Shown here: one piece after another, positions 23,609 to 37,544 of the stretch
Position numbering within the stretch: position 1 is the stretch's first letter
How the letters are laid out: the number at the start of each line of letters is the position of its first letter
NCBI GenBank assembly: GCA_907165135.1
Contig: OU015568.1
Span: 558,001 to 622,000 of the forward strand
Direction of reading: 5' to 3'
Length of the DNA: 64,000 bases
Source of the DNA: Oikopleura dioica
Taxonomy: Eukaryota > Animalia > Chordata
Made by a program: the position numbers and the translations under genes
The notes under the pieces: generated by a model
The model's input: only the letters and a program-made list of their open reading frames with translations
Told to the model about the DNA's origin: nothing
The model's database searches: none

Positions 23609-23704
23609 TAAAATTTGGCAAGGTTTTTTTTATTTCTCTGAGTTCTTGACGCTTGAGCTTCCTGCAAAACAATCATGAAAATGTGTTATTTTGAGTATGA
23701 TGAT

Positions 23705-25092
23705 TTATAATTCATTAACCGGGTAGCCAATTGTGCTATTAAAATCAGCTTCTGCGATTGTTTGTGCAATCCAGTTGTCAGTATGTATAGCAGTGTAAAT
23801 GCCAGGATATCCTTCTCTTGCACAACCTTCACCTCGAGAAACAACACCGACAAGAGTAGCAGCGCCATCAACATCGCAAACAAGTGGTCCTCCGGAATCC
23901 CCCTGGCAGGAGTCGGTTCCAGCATCTGTCAGTCCGTTACCGTCTAAATCGGGCAATCCGGCGCAAATATCATCCGGAAGAAGAGAGTTGTATTTTGTGT
24001 TTTTCAAACAGTACTCCTGACCTAAAATGTTGACACCAACGCTCTGGAGAAGATCCGATCCGTATCCATCCTCCTTTGTATCTCCCCATCCAGCGACCCA
24101 GCAAGCTTTTCCATCTCAAAAAAGCGTTTTTACGTTAGGTCAGAACTATGGACTCACGATCTGGATATGCTGTGGACAGACAAACTGGTGCCGTTCCAGT
24201 TCGATCAGTCACAAGACTCTCATCGAATCTTATCAAGCAAATGTCCATGTTGCTGTCGTCACCATCGGAGTCGTCGTCGTACTCAGGATGAATGAAGAGA
24301 GTTGTTGAATTCAAAGAAAATTCAGTATCGTTGGAAGCACTATTAAAAAAGGCAAAAACTAACTCGATTCCCTCGCAGCAATGAGCGGCAGTGATGATCC
24401 AGTTATCGTATATTATTGATCCACCGCACTCGTACCAATCTGATTGATTGCCCATCAGTTCAAGCTGAGCAATCCATGGCCAGTGCGCCTGCTCAGCGTC
24501 GATTCCGTTTACGATCTTGTATAAGGCGGTTCGGGAGCCAGAAGTACAAGTTTTGAGGGAACTTGGGATGGCGTTGGTGAGAGGCTCGAATTCAACAGGA
24601 CGCTCAGTCCACCACTGTTCTGTTTGGGTGACAGTTGGCGGCGACGTGGGTGGCTCAGTTGGGTGCTCTGTTTGGGGGTCAACGGGTGGTTCAGTTGATT
24701 GCACAGTGGATGTTTCTGTTGGAGGCGGAGTTGGTTGTTGAACTGTTGGTGAGACAGTTTGCCCATTACATTGGCGACGTTCAAAATACTGTTGAAGCTT
24801 TCTACGAATAAACCGCAGGATAATGAAACGCTTCACCCAGCTCTAAGAGAAAACAGTTAAAGTAAATAGTAAATTTGGGTAGTTTCGACTCAATTATTTA
24901 TGAGGAGCGGGAGTTTCGAGGGTTATTTTTACACTCAATAACCTTTCTTCTTCTTTATCTTATCGTTATAATAAATGTGAATGTTTGTACCTGAATAGTC
25001 GGTGTTGATGAGCCATCTGTAACTACAGCATCTTCCTGTTTTTGCATCAATCCGGCATACGCAAGTGCTAGTAGCCCTACTAAAAGCCTCAT
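23705..25092 (-). CDS. Trypsin-like serine protease with a Pro/Thr-rich pro-region
   Basis: Signal MRLLVGLLALAYA; K-IVNG; TAAHC, DICLI and [10 protein letters not shown]. Confidence 0.92.
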
Positions 25093-25389
25093 TCTCTTTA
25101 TATTGAGTGATGTAATGATTTCAAAATGACTTTTTTAGTATATAAATTTACGCTTTGGATGGCGTGAGTGAGCACAATGAACAACGCCATCACATCGCGA
25201 ATCGTGTGCACCTGCATACTCGGGCTGAGAAAATTTGCCCTTATCACTAGGTGCAACGGTTAAAAAATTAACTCAATGATCGTCTTCCAAATCGAGTCGG
25301 ATATCTAACTAAGGTCCGAATCAAAGGACACTTTTTTATTTTAACGCTTGAACGCATATTGCGCAGATTTCTGCGCAGAGCCCCTTTAA

Positions 25390-25651
25390 GGGGGTAGAAC
25401 TAGGTTTTTCGAAAATAGCCTATTCTAGACCGGCGCTCAAAGCCAGGAGAGCTTAGATTTTCAAATTTCTCGAGTCAAATTTCTCGAGTCACGTGACTAG
25501 CCAAATTTTTTAAATCTCATTTTAAGATAGTTTAACCCTTTATCTAGCAACATTTTTGAGGAAATTGCGTAATCATAAATAAAAACAGGTTTTCCTTATT
25601 TAAAGTGCCTCCCGAAAATCACGGTTTTTCGAAAAATCTAGTTCTACCCCC
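25390..25651. mobile_element. TTAA-flanked MITE (262 bp; Kolobok-like RR..YY termini)
   Basis: TTAA|GGGGGTAGAACTAGGTTTTTCGAAAA ... TTTTCGAAAAATCTAGTTCTACCCCC|TTAA. Confidence 0.88.
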
Positions 25652-26927
25652 TTAAAGCTCGATATCCCCTACTTTACTTGACCAAAATTTTTATTGGACC
25701 CCCACTTTAGAAGCTCTTTTTCGATGAGGAATCCGAATCTGGCATCGAAAAAAAATTTTGACTTCAGGATAAAAATTTGGCTTCAGAACAAAAATTTCCG
25801 ATTATTTCGAATTATGCTTTTTTAGCTCTTCAACAGCTCTGAATTAATTTTTCCGTCGATGAAAATTATTTTTTCCACGTTTAATCGCATTCTTGCATCG
25901 AATTAAACACAAATTTTATCATAAGTATATATTTTGCACATTTGTATTTGCGATCAATGAAATTGAAGAAAATTGAAAAAAAAACTGGTTAATTTTCGAG
26001 TTACTTTAGAAATCATTATTTTTTGCAAGGTTCGGTTTAGGGTTAGGATCTTAAACTATAATAAACTTGTTCGCAAGCGTCTGAGCTTCATTCTGGTAGC
26101 ATTGATTTTTTCAAATCTCGACCACAGTCGTCGTTAGAGCGCTCTAAAGATGCTGCGCAGAAATCTGCGTAATATGCGTTCAGCAGGAAAAAAAATTCGT
26201 GCGTTCATGGTAAATTGTGACATCATAAAAAACCTACCGATGGCCACTTTTGATGAAAATTTATAACTGAAGATCAGGAAATCAAAGGAGAGTATATATT
26301 AACTTGAGGAAACTTCTTATCTTTGATTATTCTGTCCGCCATTTGTGGTTTATGGTTTGATCAGTTCAATCTTTCAGGAACTTAACCTGGGAATAAAGAC
26401 CTAGGAAACACTCTAGAAACATATCCTAGGGTTCCAAGGCTCATGGGGTCAATTAATAACGGTCACATCTTCTGATGATCTTTGTGGGGATCTCCCTGAA
26501 GATTTGGCGAATGAGGGTGACCAGAGTTCGAAGCGTCACTCAAAAAAACGTGAGCTTGACACCCTCTGAACTTGTCAAAATAGAGCTAAGCCTTTTCTAA
26601 CAAAGTTGAATATCAAGTGTAAAACGGTGCACGCGTAATATCCAGGTGTTATGCCACGTTTTTTTGAGTTGATAATTTACATCATTCTGCAATAAACTCT
26701 TCTATAATCACGCTTTTTTTTATAAACCTTCTCAATGCACCGCTTTTTTATACAATTCGAAAAAATAAACTTGCCGAATAAGCGCACCAAAAATACTAGA
26801 AAATTATCTAAGCGTCACTTTGGCCGCTTAGTTGTCCATTTTCAGCTCTACTTCCTGTGAACACAACCATCTGTCAATCCAATCTTGCTAAAATTTGTGG
26901 TAAGATAGCTTTGAGTATCTCCAGAAA

Positions 26928-27569
26928 ATGTTACTCGTAAATTTATCCCTTTTCGCTTCTTCTTTTGCTCAGAGTGTTATCACCCTAACAGGAGACTACG
27001 GGCAGTTTCTTGAGTGTCCTTATGGTTATGTTACGGATTCTTTATTTTAATAGCTTTCTATCCTCGAAACAAGGAAGATAATTAAATCCATCGTAAGTTA
27101 TGAGCGGCTACTGTAGCTCCGGCAACAAGAAAGACTGTAAATGGAACAACAACAGCTACTCCCACCTAATCGAGTGCAAGGAAGATTCTAGAGTCTCTCT
27201 TGACTTTGCTGACCGGTGCTACTGGGCATTCGGGTACGCTTCCCTATCATTCATTTCCAAAAAAATTCTAGTGACTTCGAGGAGCTGAACAAATGCCTCG
27301 GTCCAGACGAGCTCGCTGTCGGAGCCTGTTCCTCCGGATCAAATGATGACTGTAACAAAAATGCTTCTGGAGTTCGCTGCTGCGCACTGAAAACAATGAC
27401 GGTCAATCAATCTTCTTGCTCGTGGCAATACCCATCGAACTATGGCGAGTACCGAAAATGCGATGCGAACAAATACGTCCGAGGAGTTTGCACTGTCGGT
27501 CGCTGGGCTTCCGAAAGCTGCGGATCTTATGGAAAAGGAGCTCTTTACTGTTGCGCTCTCGATAACTGA
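26928..27569 (+). CDS. Secreted Cys-rich protein with three ~50-aa internal repeats
   Basis: Signal MLLVNLSLFASSFA; three units of pattern W/YG...C...GxCxxG...C...CC across 3 exons. Confidence 0.7.
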
Positions 27570-27857
27570 ATAAACTTTTTCTTTGACTTCTCAGATCAGA
27601 AATTTTCTAGATGCAATACTTCTTATCCACGTATCTTTACGATAACGCTTGAACTGAAGTTCTCGAAGGCGCTAGAATTTTCGACATTTGTCACTGTTCC
27701 GTGAGCTGCACGTGAGTAATTGTCAAATAGGTGAGTCACACTCAAAACCGACGCGAGTACGACGCGCGCTGAATCGATTTCTGGAAGAATTGAGTGAAAG
27801 AGAAAAATAATTCGGGGAAATTCACAATAAAATCAAGGAAAATTTACAGAGGACAAA

Positions 27858-28476
27858 ATGAGCGGGACGGAGATGGAAGTTGAGCTGTATATTTATGATC
27901 TCAGGTAAAGTCGGAAAATTGAAAAATGGGAAAAGTAGATTAGGAGAGAAGAAATGATTTTTTTAGTCAAGGAATGGCTCAAATGATGAGCATGCCTCTT
28001 CTTGGCTTTCACCTTGAAGCGATTTATCACACAGCAATCGTTTACAACGGCGTCGAGTTCTACTTCGGCGGTGGTGGAATCGATCAATCAAGGCCTGGCG
28101 GGACTCACTTGGGCCCGCCCATGAGAAAAGTCAAGCTCGGAAAAGTTGTTCCACATTTTCTTTCTCCTCATAATCGTGTCTTTCAGACAGAAGTAGATCC
28201 CTGTACTTTCAACGAGTGGATTCGAGCGATGGGATCTAGCGAATACAGAGGGGATACTTATGCTCTTCTCACGCACAATTGCAACAATTTCAGGTTCAGT
28301 AAATCTTCTAGTAACAAACTGACACCCTTATTAGCGAGGATGCGGCTCAATTCTTGGTCCAAAAGAGCATTCCAGCTGAGATCTTGGACATGCCAAAAAA
28401 GGTCCTCGGAACTCCGTTTGGAAAAATCATCGAGCAGCAATTTGGCTCCATCAAAATCACTCCTGGACAATTTTAG
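27858..28476 (+). CDS. DESI1: DeSI/PPPDE peptidase (desumoylating isopeptidase 1-like)
   Basis: VELYIYDLS, IYHTAIV (catalytic His), YFGGGGI and YALLTHNCNNFS (catalytic Cys). Confidence 0.92.
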
Positions 28477-28778
28477 AATTTCAACAATTTTTTTAGATTT
28501 TCAATTATTAATTTTTCATTTTGATTGTATTTTTTCTGCCAGCTATTTTATTTGAAATTATGTCAGTTTGATATATCTGTACGCCATTTTATTTCATCAG
28601 AATCTTATTGAAGCAATACAGCTTAATTTTCAAGGTCTTTTACTTCGAATTGAAATGCATCGTAAGCATTGGTGTAAAAATAAATAAACTGATATTGAAT
28701 TGTAAGAAATGCAGTTAAACGGTTCTTTTTAACGCAGTTGATTCATGCGACATAAAAATATAATAAAGCACAGTTTTT

Positions 28779-31700
28779 TTATGATTCAAATAATTCCTTG
28801 AAAGTCTTCTTATCTCGCAGAAATAATTCAGACAGATATCCGTCCAATCCTCCATATACTCTTTTATTCTTTCCATGTAACTTGAAATCACGATAATCCC
28901 CGCGGAAATTGTTCTTTGTTCTAGAACTGCCTCGAAACAAAATGAGAATGTGACTGTTTCGAGATTAAAAATAGGTCAATTCTTTAAGATGAAATTAAAA
29001 AGCTTCATTTGAGGCAATATTTTTCAAAAAAAATTTTATGGCCTAATATGAAAGAATGAAAAATTTTGAACGGTTTGTCTTTTTCCGGCTCTTTAATTTT
29101 TTGGAATGACGTCATAATGACTCATTTTCCTCAAAAAACTTTGGGGCCGATTTCGAAGGTGTTTCGGAAACACTGTTTCCGATTGAATTTTTCGGCGTTC
29201 ATGTGCTCATAAGTATCGTCATCAAAAATCTAGGGTAGGTTTTCACGGATTTTGAGAAATTCTAAGAGAAACACCTTCAAACCGACCGGTCGAAAAGTGG
29301 TCAAAATTTTTTTTTCTTGAGTTTTTCAAAACCCTTATAAACCCCCATCAGTTTTCGACGGCGATTCTTTTGAGCTATAGAACGTCCAATAAATCTAACA
29401 GAAACCCCCTTAAAAGTGGCCCCAAAATTTACCCAAAATGCTCAAATTCGGACTTTATTTCGTAATTTGTGACCTCTTTAAGGAGGTATGGGGCGGTTTG
29501 GCGAAAATTCGAATTTTAAAATTTTCTTTCCATTTTTAGAAAGCCCACATCAAGAGCATCAAAAAAGGTCCCTAGCTTTATTTTTCAATGTCAACAAAAG
29601 TTGGTGAAAAACGGGATTGAAAATTGACATTTCTATGAAAATTCGTGAAATTAGATTTTTTAAAGTCTCACAAATACAATTATTTTAATATTTTTAGAAA
29701 GCTTACGACTCGCTGAGTATTTTTATTCATTACAGTGACTCACTTATCTAACTGTATTACGAGTAAGTGCAATTTTAAATCTCATCTTTTTGACAATTTG
29801 AAACCCAATTTTTGATTGAAGTTTTTAAATAAGCAATTTTTGCGAAAAAGTAAATTCTTTCAAATCAACCCTAGAACAGCGATGGAAGTTTCTTTTGATC
29901 ATCTAAGTTTTAAAAAATAAATTTTTTTTTCATTAAAAAAATCGCGTTCAAAAATGACGCAAAATGGTGATTTTCACGGACATGACTTGAAGCTGAGCTC
30001 TCTATAGGCAGAATCCCTTAATAATTTTTTCTGAAAAAATTTCCAACTCTAGTTTAAGGTCCAATCTATAAGTAGAAGAAGAGTTTTTAATAATTTTCTT
30101 ACCCATCTGAGCCTGAGGGCTGTTTGAAAATGGTCAATTTCCCGAAAACCGCCCAACACCTCCTTAAGTCAAAATTTTTAGGTCAAATCAAGCCAATTCG
30201 ACTCTGAATTTTCTGTTCTTTCTTCTGAGCAAGAATAAATTTTTTACAAAAATTTGCCTTAACTGAATTTTTTTTATTTCATCTATGGCTTTTCTAAAAA
30301 TAAATGAAATAAGGTAATACTTTTCGGCAGTGTGCCGAAAAGTAAATCAGATATTAGCCTTCGAAATGATTTCCTTTTTGGCTGCATTTGCCGAAAAGAA
30401 CTTCCATACTACGTTAAATAAGCTCAGTTCCTATAAATGATGAATGGAGGTGGCAGCTTTGGTTTAAAATAATACTCCTTGACAAGTCGATATCTCTCAA
30501 ATTTCCATATTTGAGTAGATTTTTGATTTATTTCCTCATATGTCGACGAAAACAAGGCAATCAATAAATTGATAAGTAAAATCTGTACGATCAACATGTA
30601 AAGTCCATGAAAAAAAGTTGATACTTCCGATTTCGTAGGGCATCGGGGAAGTGTTGAGTTCGCTAGAAAAATATCTTGAGGCTTATGACAATCTTCGGGC
30701 TGATCTTCAAAAGGATAATTTGTTCTTTCTCCAAGAAAGAGTTCTCCGTAAATTCCAAAGTAAGGCCCAAATAAAATATTCTTAAAAACGTGAGTTTAAA
30801 TTGAAGAAGCTTTGATGAAACCTTCAAAATAAATATTCCCCGCTGCTCGTTAGGATATTGCAAACTCTGCTGAACAACTCCGTAAGAAACAATAAAAAGT
30901 CCCATTATGCTCAAAAACTGAAACATTTGGATAAACATCCTCGAAATCATCTTGACTTTTGGGCCATATGTTGAGGAAAGTGCGAAAACGTCAAGTTGTC
31001 GGTATGAAGTCAACATGAAGGATATGCTAAAGAAAACCTGAGCAGCGCGGAATCCTCCTGTGATTTAAGGTCGGCACTGACGGGAAATCATTGGCAACAA
31101 TTTAAGGTCAGCATTTTTTGTTCGCAATAAACTTTCAAAAATACTTGGCATTAATTGGACGATTGGCCGAATACAGACGCCTGATTGGTTTTCTATTCTC
31201 ATAAAATTTTCATGAAAGTTTGTCGCGTACAAAGAAGTTCGGCATTTTCCCTGGTCAGTTTCGACCCTTAACTGAGATCTCTGTGGGGCATTCTTTAATT
31301 TCTGAAGACTTTTTTGACGCTTTTAAATTGAAAAATTTTCAGTGATATTTAATGATTTATAAAGCGTAGATCCTTTCGAAACGCATAAACAAATTTAAAA
31401 AATGCTCCAACAATAAAGAATAAAAGGGAAAGTCCATCGACTTTGTTATAATACGAGCTCCACCATGTTTTGATCATATCCCTTTAAGCAGGTTTAAAAG
31501 GGTTCCTTGTGATTATTTTTTACTAAAAATGTAAGAAACGACTGTCTTAAAAGATAGTTAGATATAAATTATATCATATAATAGATATTCGATGAGTTTC
31601 AACCCTGTCAAAAATTTCTTGATATTGATTTCCGATATTGAGAACCATCCTGAATGTCCCGGATCTGTCTTATTTCCTCAACGATCAAAGTAAACGTCCA

Positions 31701-34659
31701 AAAATAAAGAATCCATTCGAGCCTTGTCGGGTAGACACAAAACATTCTTGTCAGAAAGATTCCAAACAATATAATATAAACAAGATGCCAGAACAAATTG
31801 CACTTAATAAAATATGAATTCTGTATTGTTAAGACCTTTTACCCGAAAGACCATATAAGGCGCTTGTCTTTTCTTATAAGCTTTGCGGAGCTCGATATTG
31901 AGTTTATCAAATAATGACAATTTTTCAAAGAGATCAACAGAGTTCGGCGCTTCGTTAGGAGAGTCTGCCAAATTTGATGACTGATAGAAACAGTCATTTT
32001 TCAAGTTTGTTAATAGCCCATCAGACTGCCCATTTGCTTCTTCATCTACAGTTTTTAACAAGTGTTCCGAAGTTTGTTCATCAATTCGACGGGAAACTTT
32101 CGACTCGATTCCTATTTTTGTCGAATTTTGACTTGACGGTTCATAATCGTTTATGGTTGCTTCATTGTTATTCAAGAACTCAAATTTTTCACCAGACCAG
32201 ACACTTTTGCTGAGCTGGAAAAATTTTCTTTAAAAATTTTTTAAATTTTTCAAACTACAAGATCTAAGTTATTCTGCGACAGCAGAATAAATATCCTTTT
32301 TCAAGAATCTTTCCATCCCTGTCTGTCGAGGAAATTCTGAACTAATGCTTGCGACATAAAATTATAGCATTTTCCCGAATACGCGAGATTCAGCATTGTC
32401 ATGTTACCCATTCTCGTCTCATTTTTGTCACTTCTTTCGATGGTTTCGATTAACATTATCATGTCATCTCTGTTTATCAAATAATTCTTCGCATATTTTT
32501 CTAAAGCTTCAGAGGCAGCATCTTCATAGTACGCTGCGATTTTTGTATATCGTTGAGTTACTGCTGAGTCTTTTAGTTTTAACAAAGCGACTCCTCTTAA
32601 TATGGTCGCTCCAATAAGGGCCAGGCTGATTTTGTGTTCGCTTTTTTGCCAAACAAAATTGGCAGCATCTAAACGTCCGGAAAGAAGAAGTAAGCAAAAG
32701 AATCGTTCTTCACGATTTTGCTTTTTGAACCGCTTTTCCAGTATCGAAACAACGTTTTCCTCCCAATTTTGTATGAATTCCTCCTTCGATGTGTCACCGA
32801 ATGGGTTCCACTTTGGAGAAATCAGTAAACATTCCATATTGTCTATCTTTTCGGGCCATCTCTCTTTATTCTTTGGCCTTAAATCGACCAAAAACTGCCA
32901 TTTTATTTGATCGTCTGTCATTCTTTCCGTGATTTCGTTCATTTTTGGGCCAAATTTCAAGAACATATTTTCGTACATCGTAGCCAATCTATTCGGCGTA
33001 ATAAACTCCTGTAGCTTGATATCAAAGAACCATAATCTATCATAAACTTTCTCAAAAGTCGCGCCAGCACAGAAAGTAAGCGCATGTTCCATGGCATCAT
33101 AAATTTTCTTTTTGGTATAAGTATTGTTCAACAAAATTGGAATCACTATCCCGGAAAGGTGATGATAATAAATATCCTTTTTGAAAACGACCTCATCCAA
33201 CATTTCTAAAGCTTCTGTTTGAGTGACATAATAGAATGGTGGTAAATATTCATTGAAAAGGTTTTCGTTCTCATCCGATTTCTTGCGCGAAGCATTACCA
33301 CGACTTCTAAAGAATTCCTCATGAAATTCATGAAAAGTGGTTCGACAAAAATTGTTGTGAAGGTAAAGGACAATTGTTTCCTCTGTATCCTCGGATTTCC
33401 TAAAGAAGATGTGGGGCGGTTCTTTGAGAATCTTTCATTGTTGAAAAGCGCTTAGGCTATTTAAATTATACGGTTACTTTAGATTGAGAAACAAGCTCTT
33501 GTGGATAAATTATGTCGAAAGTTGGAATTTATTATTTCCTATCTTTGAGCATGTTCTTTCAGTGCGGTTGATCTTCCTCAAAAATTTCAAAGAGAAATTA
33601 TCTTTGAACGCAGACCGGCCAGGAGGATAGTTTTTTTATGCTCGTGACCTTAGCTATCTGAAAATTCAACTTTGAAATTCGAACTAGCGCATAACTGCCC
33701 AACACCTCCTTAAGTTTAGAATTTGCTGCAGCTGGTCAGGGTCCGATGCTTTGAGTTTTGATTGTTTTTTCAACCAGTCCGTCCATTTTAATTGAATAGA
33801 TTTCCATACGCCTTTCTGATACACGATTTTCCTTTCAAGCAATAACGTCACAAAATTGTCGACTATTCCTCCAGAATTTCCAACCAAAACGATTCTTCCA
33901 AATTTTCGCATAAGTATTTCTTGAATGAGCGGCAGTGTTTCTTTATCACCATTAAAAATCGCGAATTCAAACGAAAATCGAGGTCGTAAAATCGAATGAA
34001 AGTCGAATTGAGCATCATCCTGATGAAGGTTCACATTAAAAACAGAGGGCTTTGAGCCAAGAGAAACATAATGTTACGAAATTCATTGCTAATTTTAGTG
34101 AGGGCAAGGCCGTCTTGGTTATATTTTCGATTCTGCTATTCCTTATGATGCTTCATGATTCATGAATCATGTTTGAATATTTGCGATAATCTTTATATAA
34201 ATATATTTATATTAAACCCTGTTCCTTATTAACGAAGTGATTGTCCAGAACTATAATTATCTTCGAATATCTTTTGTCTGGAAAAGGATTCGATGAAAAA
34301 GGGGAAAAATAATAAAGCTTGTTCTTTTGGTCTTTTAATTTTTTCGAAAGATATTTTCCTCCAATTATTTGGATAAGATTTGTTTGCTTATCTTGAATAG
34401 CTTTGATTGCGACGGAAGAAAGTATCCATTTTTTTTGTTGTACGGCGTGATTTTGAAGATGACTAGTGAAACTTTCGAAATTTGTTCGCGAATCGTTTCG
34501 GACTTTGGAGTCCGGTCCAAGAATTGATATGATTCGTTCAGGCTCAAACCACGAAAAACGTTCAATTGCATCGAAAAACTCTGCATTGATGTGATCTTTT
34601 TCAAAAAAGAAACAGATTGCTTCTTGATCGTGGTCGTCTTTTACCTCTCCAAATTTCAT
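28779..34659 (-). CDS. TRPM-like cation channel (divergent; C-terminal exons uncertain)
   Basis: MHR-like FFCLLLLSGRLDAANFVWQKS...ALIGATIL; S1-S2 FWHLVYIILF...WTFTLIVEEIRQI; S4-S5 linker YGPKVKMISRM. Confidence 0.8.
29482..30163. mobile_element. TTAA-flanked MITE (682 bp)
   Basis: TTAA|GGAGGTATGGGGCGGTTT ... AAAACCGCCCAACACCTCC|TTAA. Confidence 0.8.
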
Positions 34660-35020
34660 TCTCTCATAATTTTATGAAGATAGAATGCGTTTTTTAAATC
34701 TGGAAAAAACTTTCTGTTTGGATGAAGCAAATATAAAGTCAGATGGGCAAACGATGAGAAGAGATCCCGCAAAAAATTGTTCGCTGATCGTTCTCAATAT
34801 TTTAATATCGATTCACGAGAATAGTCAGTATTCCTTATTCAGATCATAAATGTAAAGTGTTTATTATTGAACTTTTTTTGTACATGTTTTGCACCAATAG
34901 GGTTTTCAGGACGAATAAACGCTTTTTAGCAGCGTTTCGAGGCTTAGTAGTGTTGAACAGCTAAATAGACATCCAGGAGAGACAGCGGCCAATGAAGGAT
35001 CACTTTCTGGGTTCATCAAA

Positions 35021-37544
35021 TTATAGCATTATATAGGGCCCGAACAACATATCTAAGGGGAACTCCCCTATTATTACGAAGATGCTCTTTTTTGAAGAAA
35101 TACCCTTTTCATTCGATGAGCCCGTTCCCATAATCCAAAGAGATTCGGACAAATGTGGCATATTAATGACCCTATTTGTAGAATCTGTCTCGAAAAATAT
35201 GCGCGCATGGCAGTGCTCCCTCAAACTGAACAGCTTGTTCTTCCCAAATTGTCTCGCCTAAAAACAGTCAGCGAACCTTTATTTATTCAAAGCTACCTTG
35301 ATGAGTAAAGTCTGAAACATTTCAAAATTGAAAATTTCCTTTTCTTTATTCGGATCCAGCAACGTCGGATCGTACAAGTCCATTTGTCGTTGCATCTTCG
35401 TCGAGCTGGAATCAATACGAATCCGAAGATTCGTCAGATTTTTACAGATAAATTTCCGCTTTCCGTCCAATGGAATTGGATCCCTTCGCTCAAATTGTCC
35501 TGAATGCTCTGATTCAGCCGGAAAAAGTCGTACGATTTCAGTGGATTTCGATGGAGCCCTCGGCGATAGGGCGACTTTGGCGGAAGCACAGACACTCGTG
35601 GTTCTGACATGACAGCGGAGACTTCCGTCCCGACCTTTGTTTCTCCTTCGAAGAGCTGAATGTCGGCCCAAATTGTCGGACGATGCCAAATGTGCGCGTC
35701 CAGCGAAGGTTTTGTCAGCTGGACAAATTGTTCTTGAGGAATTCGACGGATTCGACGGTTAATTCTTTCTTGCGCAGGGGTGATTGGAGATATGGTAAGG
35801 GGCTGGTTCATAATTGGTTCGTCTTTTGGTTCCATTTTGATGATCGAAATTTGCGAGAAGCATCGGACTTGGGTTGGGGTCAGTCGGCTGAGAAAACTGT
35901 TGTGAAGGATCAGTTTTTATTTCTGTACCTGGTGTCAATATTTGAAGTGTGGGCTTTTTCATAATGAAATGGATTGACACAAACTTTATCCGACGAGCCT
36001 CTTCCGTATTTGCACAGGCTCAGCAGCGGGGTAGAATGAGTCACGTCCGAGTAACGGAACAGCTGAACATAAAGGACATGCGGGTAGCACTTCTTCTTCG
36101 CGACTTGGATCCGGCCGTCTTGAGACTTGGGTATTGTGATACATTCAGAGTCAGCAGATTGCGTCCTAAAGAGAGAGAAAGAGGGATTGATTGAGTCTGA
36201 TTGATGTCTGGAAATATTACCGTAGGGCAACGATGAGCTTTTCTAGAGGATTTTCGCATCGGGATCGTCTCAATCGGCGGACTTCCTTGAGTTTTTTATG
36301 TTGAAAAATAATAAGTTGCGACAAGCCTGAGAGTCTTAAAGTTGGTAATTTTGTCACCTCAAATTCTAAAAATAGAAAAAAATATATAAACTTTACCAAC
36401 AATATCTTATTTATGGTTATTTTTTAGAAATTTCAGATATAGGGATTAACACTAATATTTAAGAACAGATATAAAATCCGACTGTTATGATCAAAAAATG
36501 GTCAAATTTAAGGCGAATCAGATTTCCTAATTGATCAGCGATAAATTTTATAAAAGGTTATCGCGAAAACTATAATAATATTATATTTGTCGTGATTCGG
36601 TTGTACTATTCGACTTACCAACTTTGTATTTTTTGACAAATCTCTATCCTAGAAGAAATTGAAAAAAGATTATTTATCTACCATACTTATGGTCTCTATA
36701 TCTTATAAACGGAATATTCAAACAAAATAAAACCTGTAATCAAAAACCTTTCCTAGACACTTGATAGAATTGTAGCCATCCTCGTTCTTCTGATCCAGCG
36801 CGAATTTGAAGAGCTTGTCCGTCAATCTCGTCAACTCACTGATGCTTTTGATTTCAACAGGGCTGATAGTTTTATTGTTCTTGACATTTTCGGCAGCTTG
36901 GGCTTTTAGTCTTGCGATCGGGTCGTTATTTTCGTCGTCTAAAAATAACAATAAGTTTTCAATTTGATCGTTTTTCTTTTTCTTGATTCTCCTTGATTTT
37001 CGAGTAGAGATTTTAAATAAGAATTCTCTAGTAATTGGCGCTAATTTGTTTGTTGTCGGCTCGACAGAAGCCAAGTCTAGAAGTCAAATCCCATTATAAA
37101 GCCGTCTCGGTGCCTTCTTATTTGGATCAAAAGCTCATCATTTTAACAAAAGTCCCCTGTAATTACCTGATACTCGTTCAATTTTGCACGTGATCTGTTC
37201 TCTCGTAATTATCTCTTCCTCTTCTACCCTCGATTCGCTAGAAACATGAGCATTTATAGGTAGCTGTGGCTTTTCTCCAGGTCGCAGTTGGAAAATCATC
37301 GAAGAGTGAACCTTTTCAGGGTCAAGTTCACCATAATAATCGAAGAATTACGAGCTAATGCGACCCTTTCCTTCAGAATTTCTGGCTTTTGGACCGTCTC
37401 GCTCATTGGAACTTCGTCTTCTTCTTCTTCTAGAACTTCAATTTCGATCGACGACACGTTGGCTTCTTCGTTGTTTTCACTGTCTCTGGGCATTTCTCTT
37501 TCTATGGAAATGGTGGTAGAAGAAGCGGGTAAGTTGTCCATCAT
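35021..37544 (-). CDS. Divergent Smad (MH1 plus degenerate MH2, no SSxS tail)
   Basis: MH1: ECITIPKSQDGRIQV..PHVLY..LFRY..C..CVNPFHYE. MH2-like: WADIQLFEGETKVG, KEIFNFEMF, LREHCHARIFF. Confidence 0.85.
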
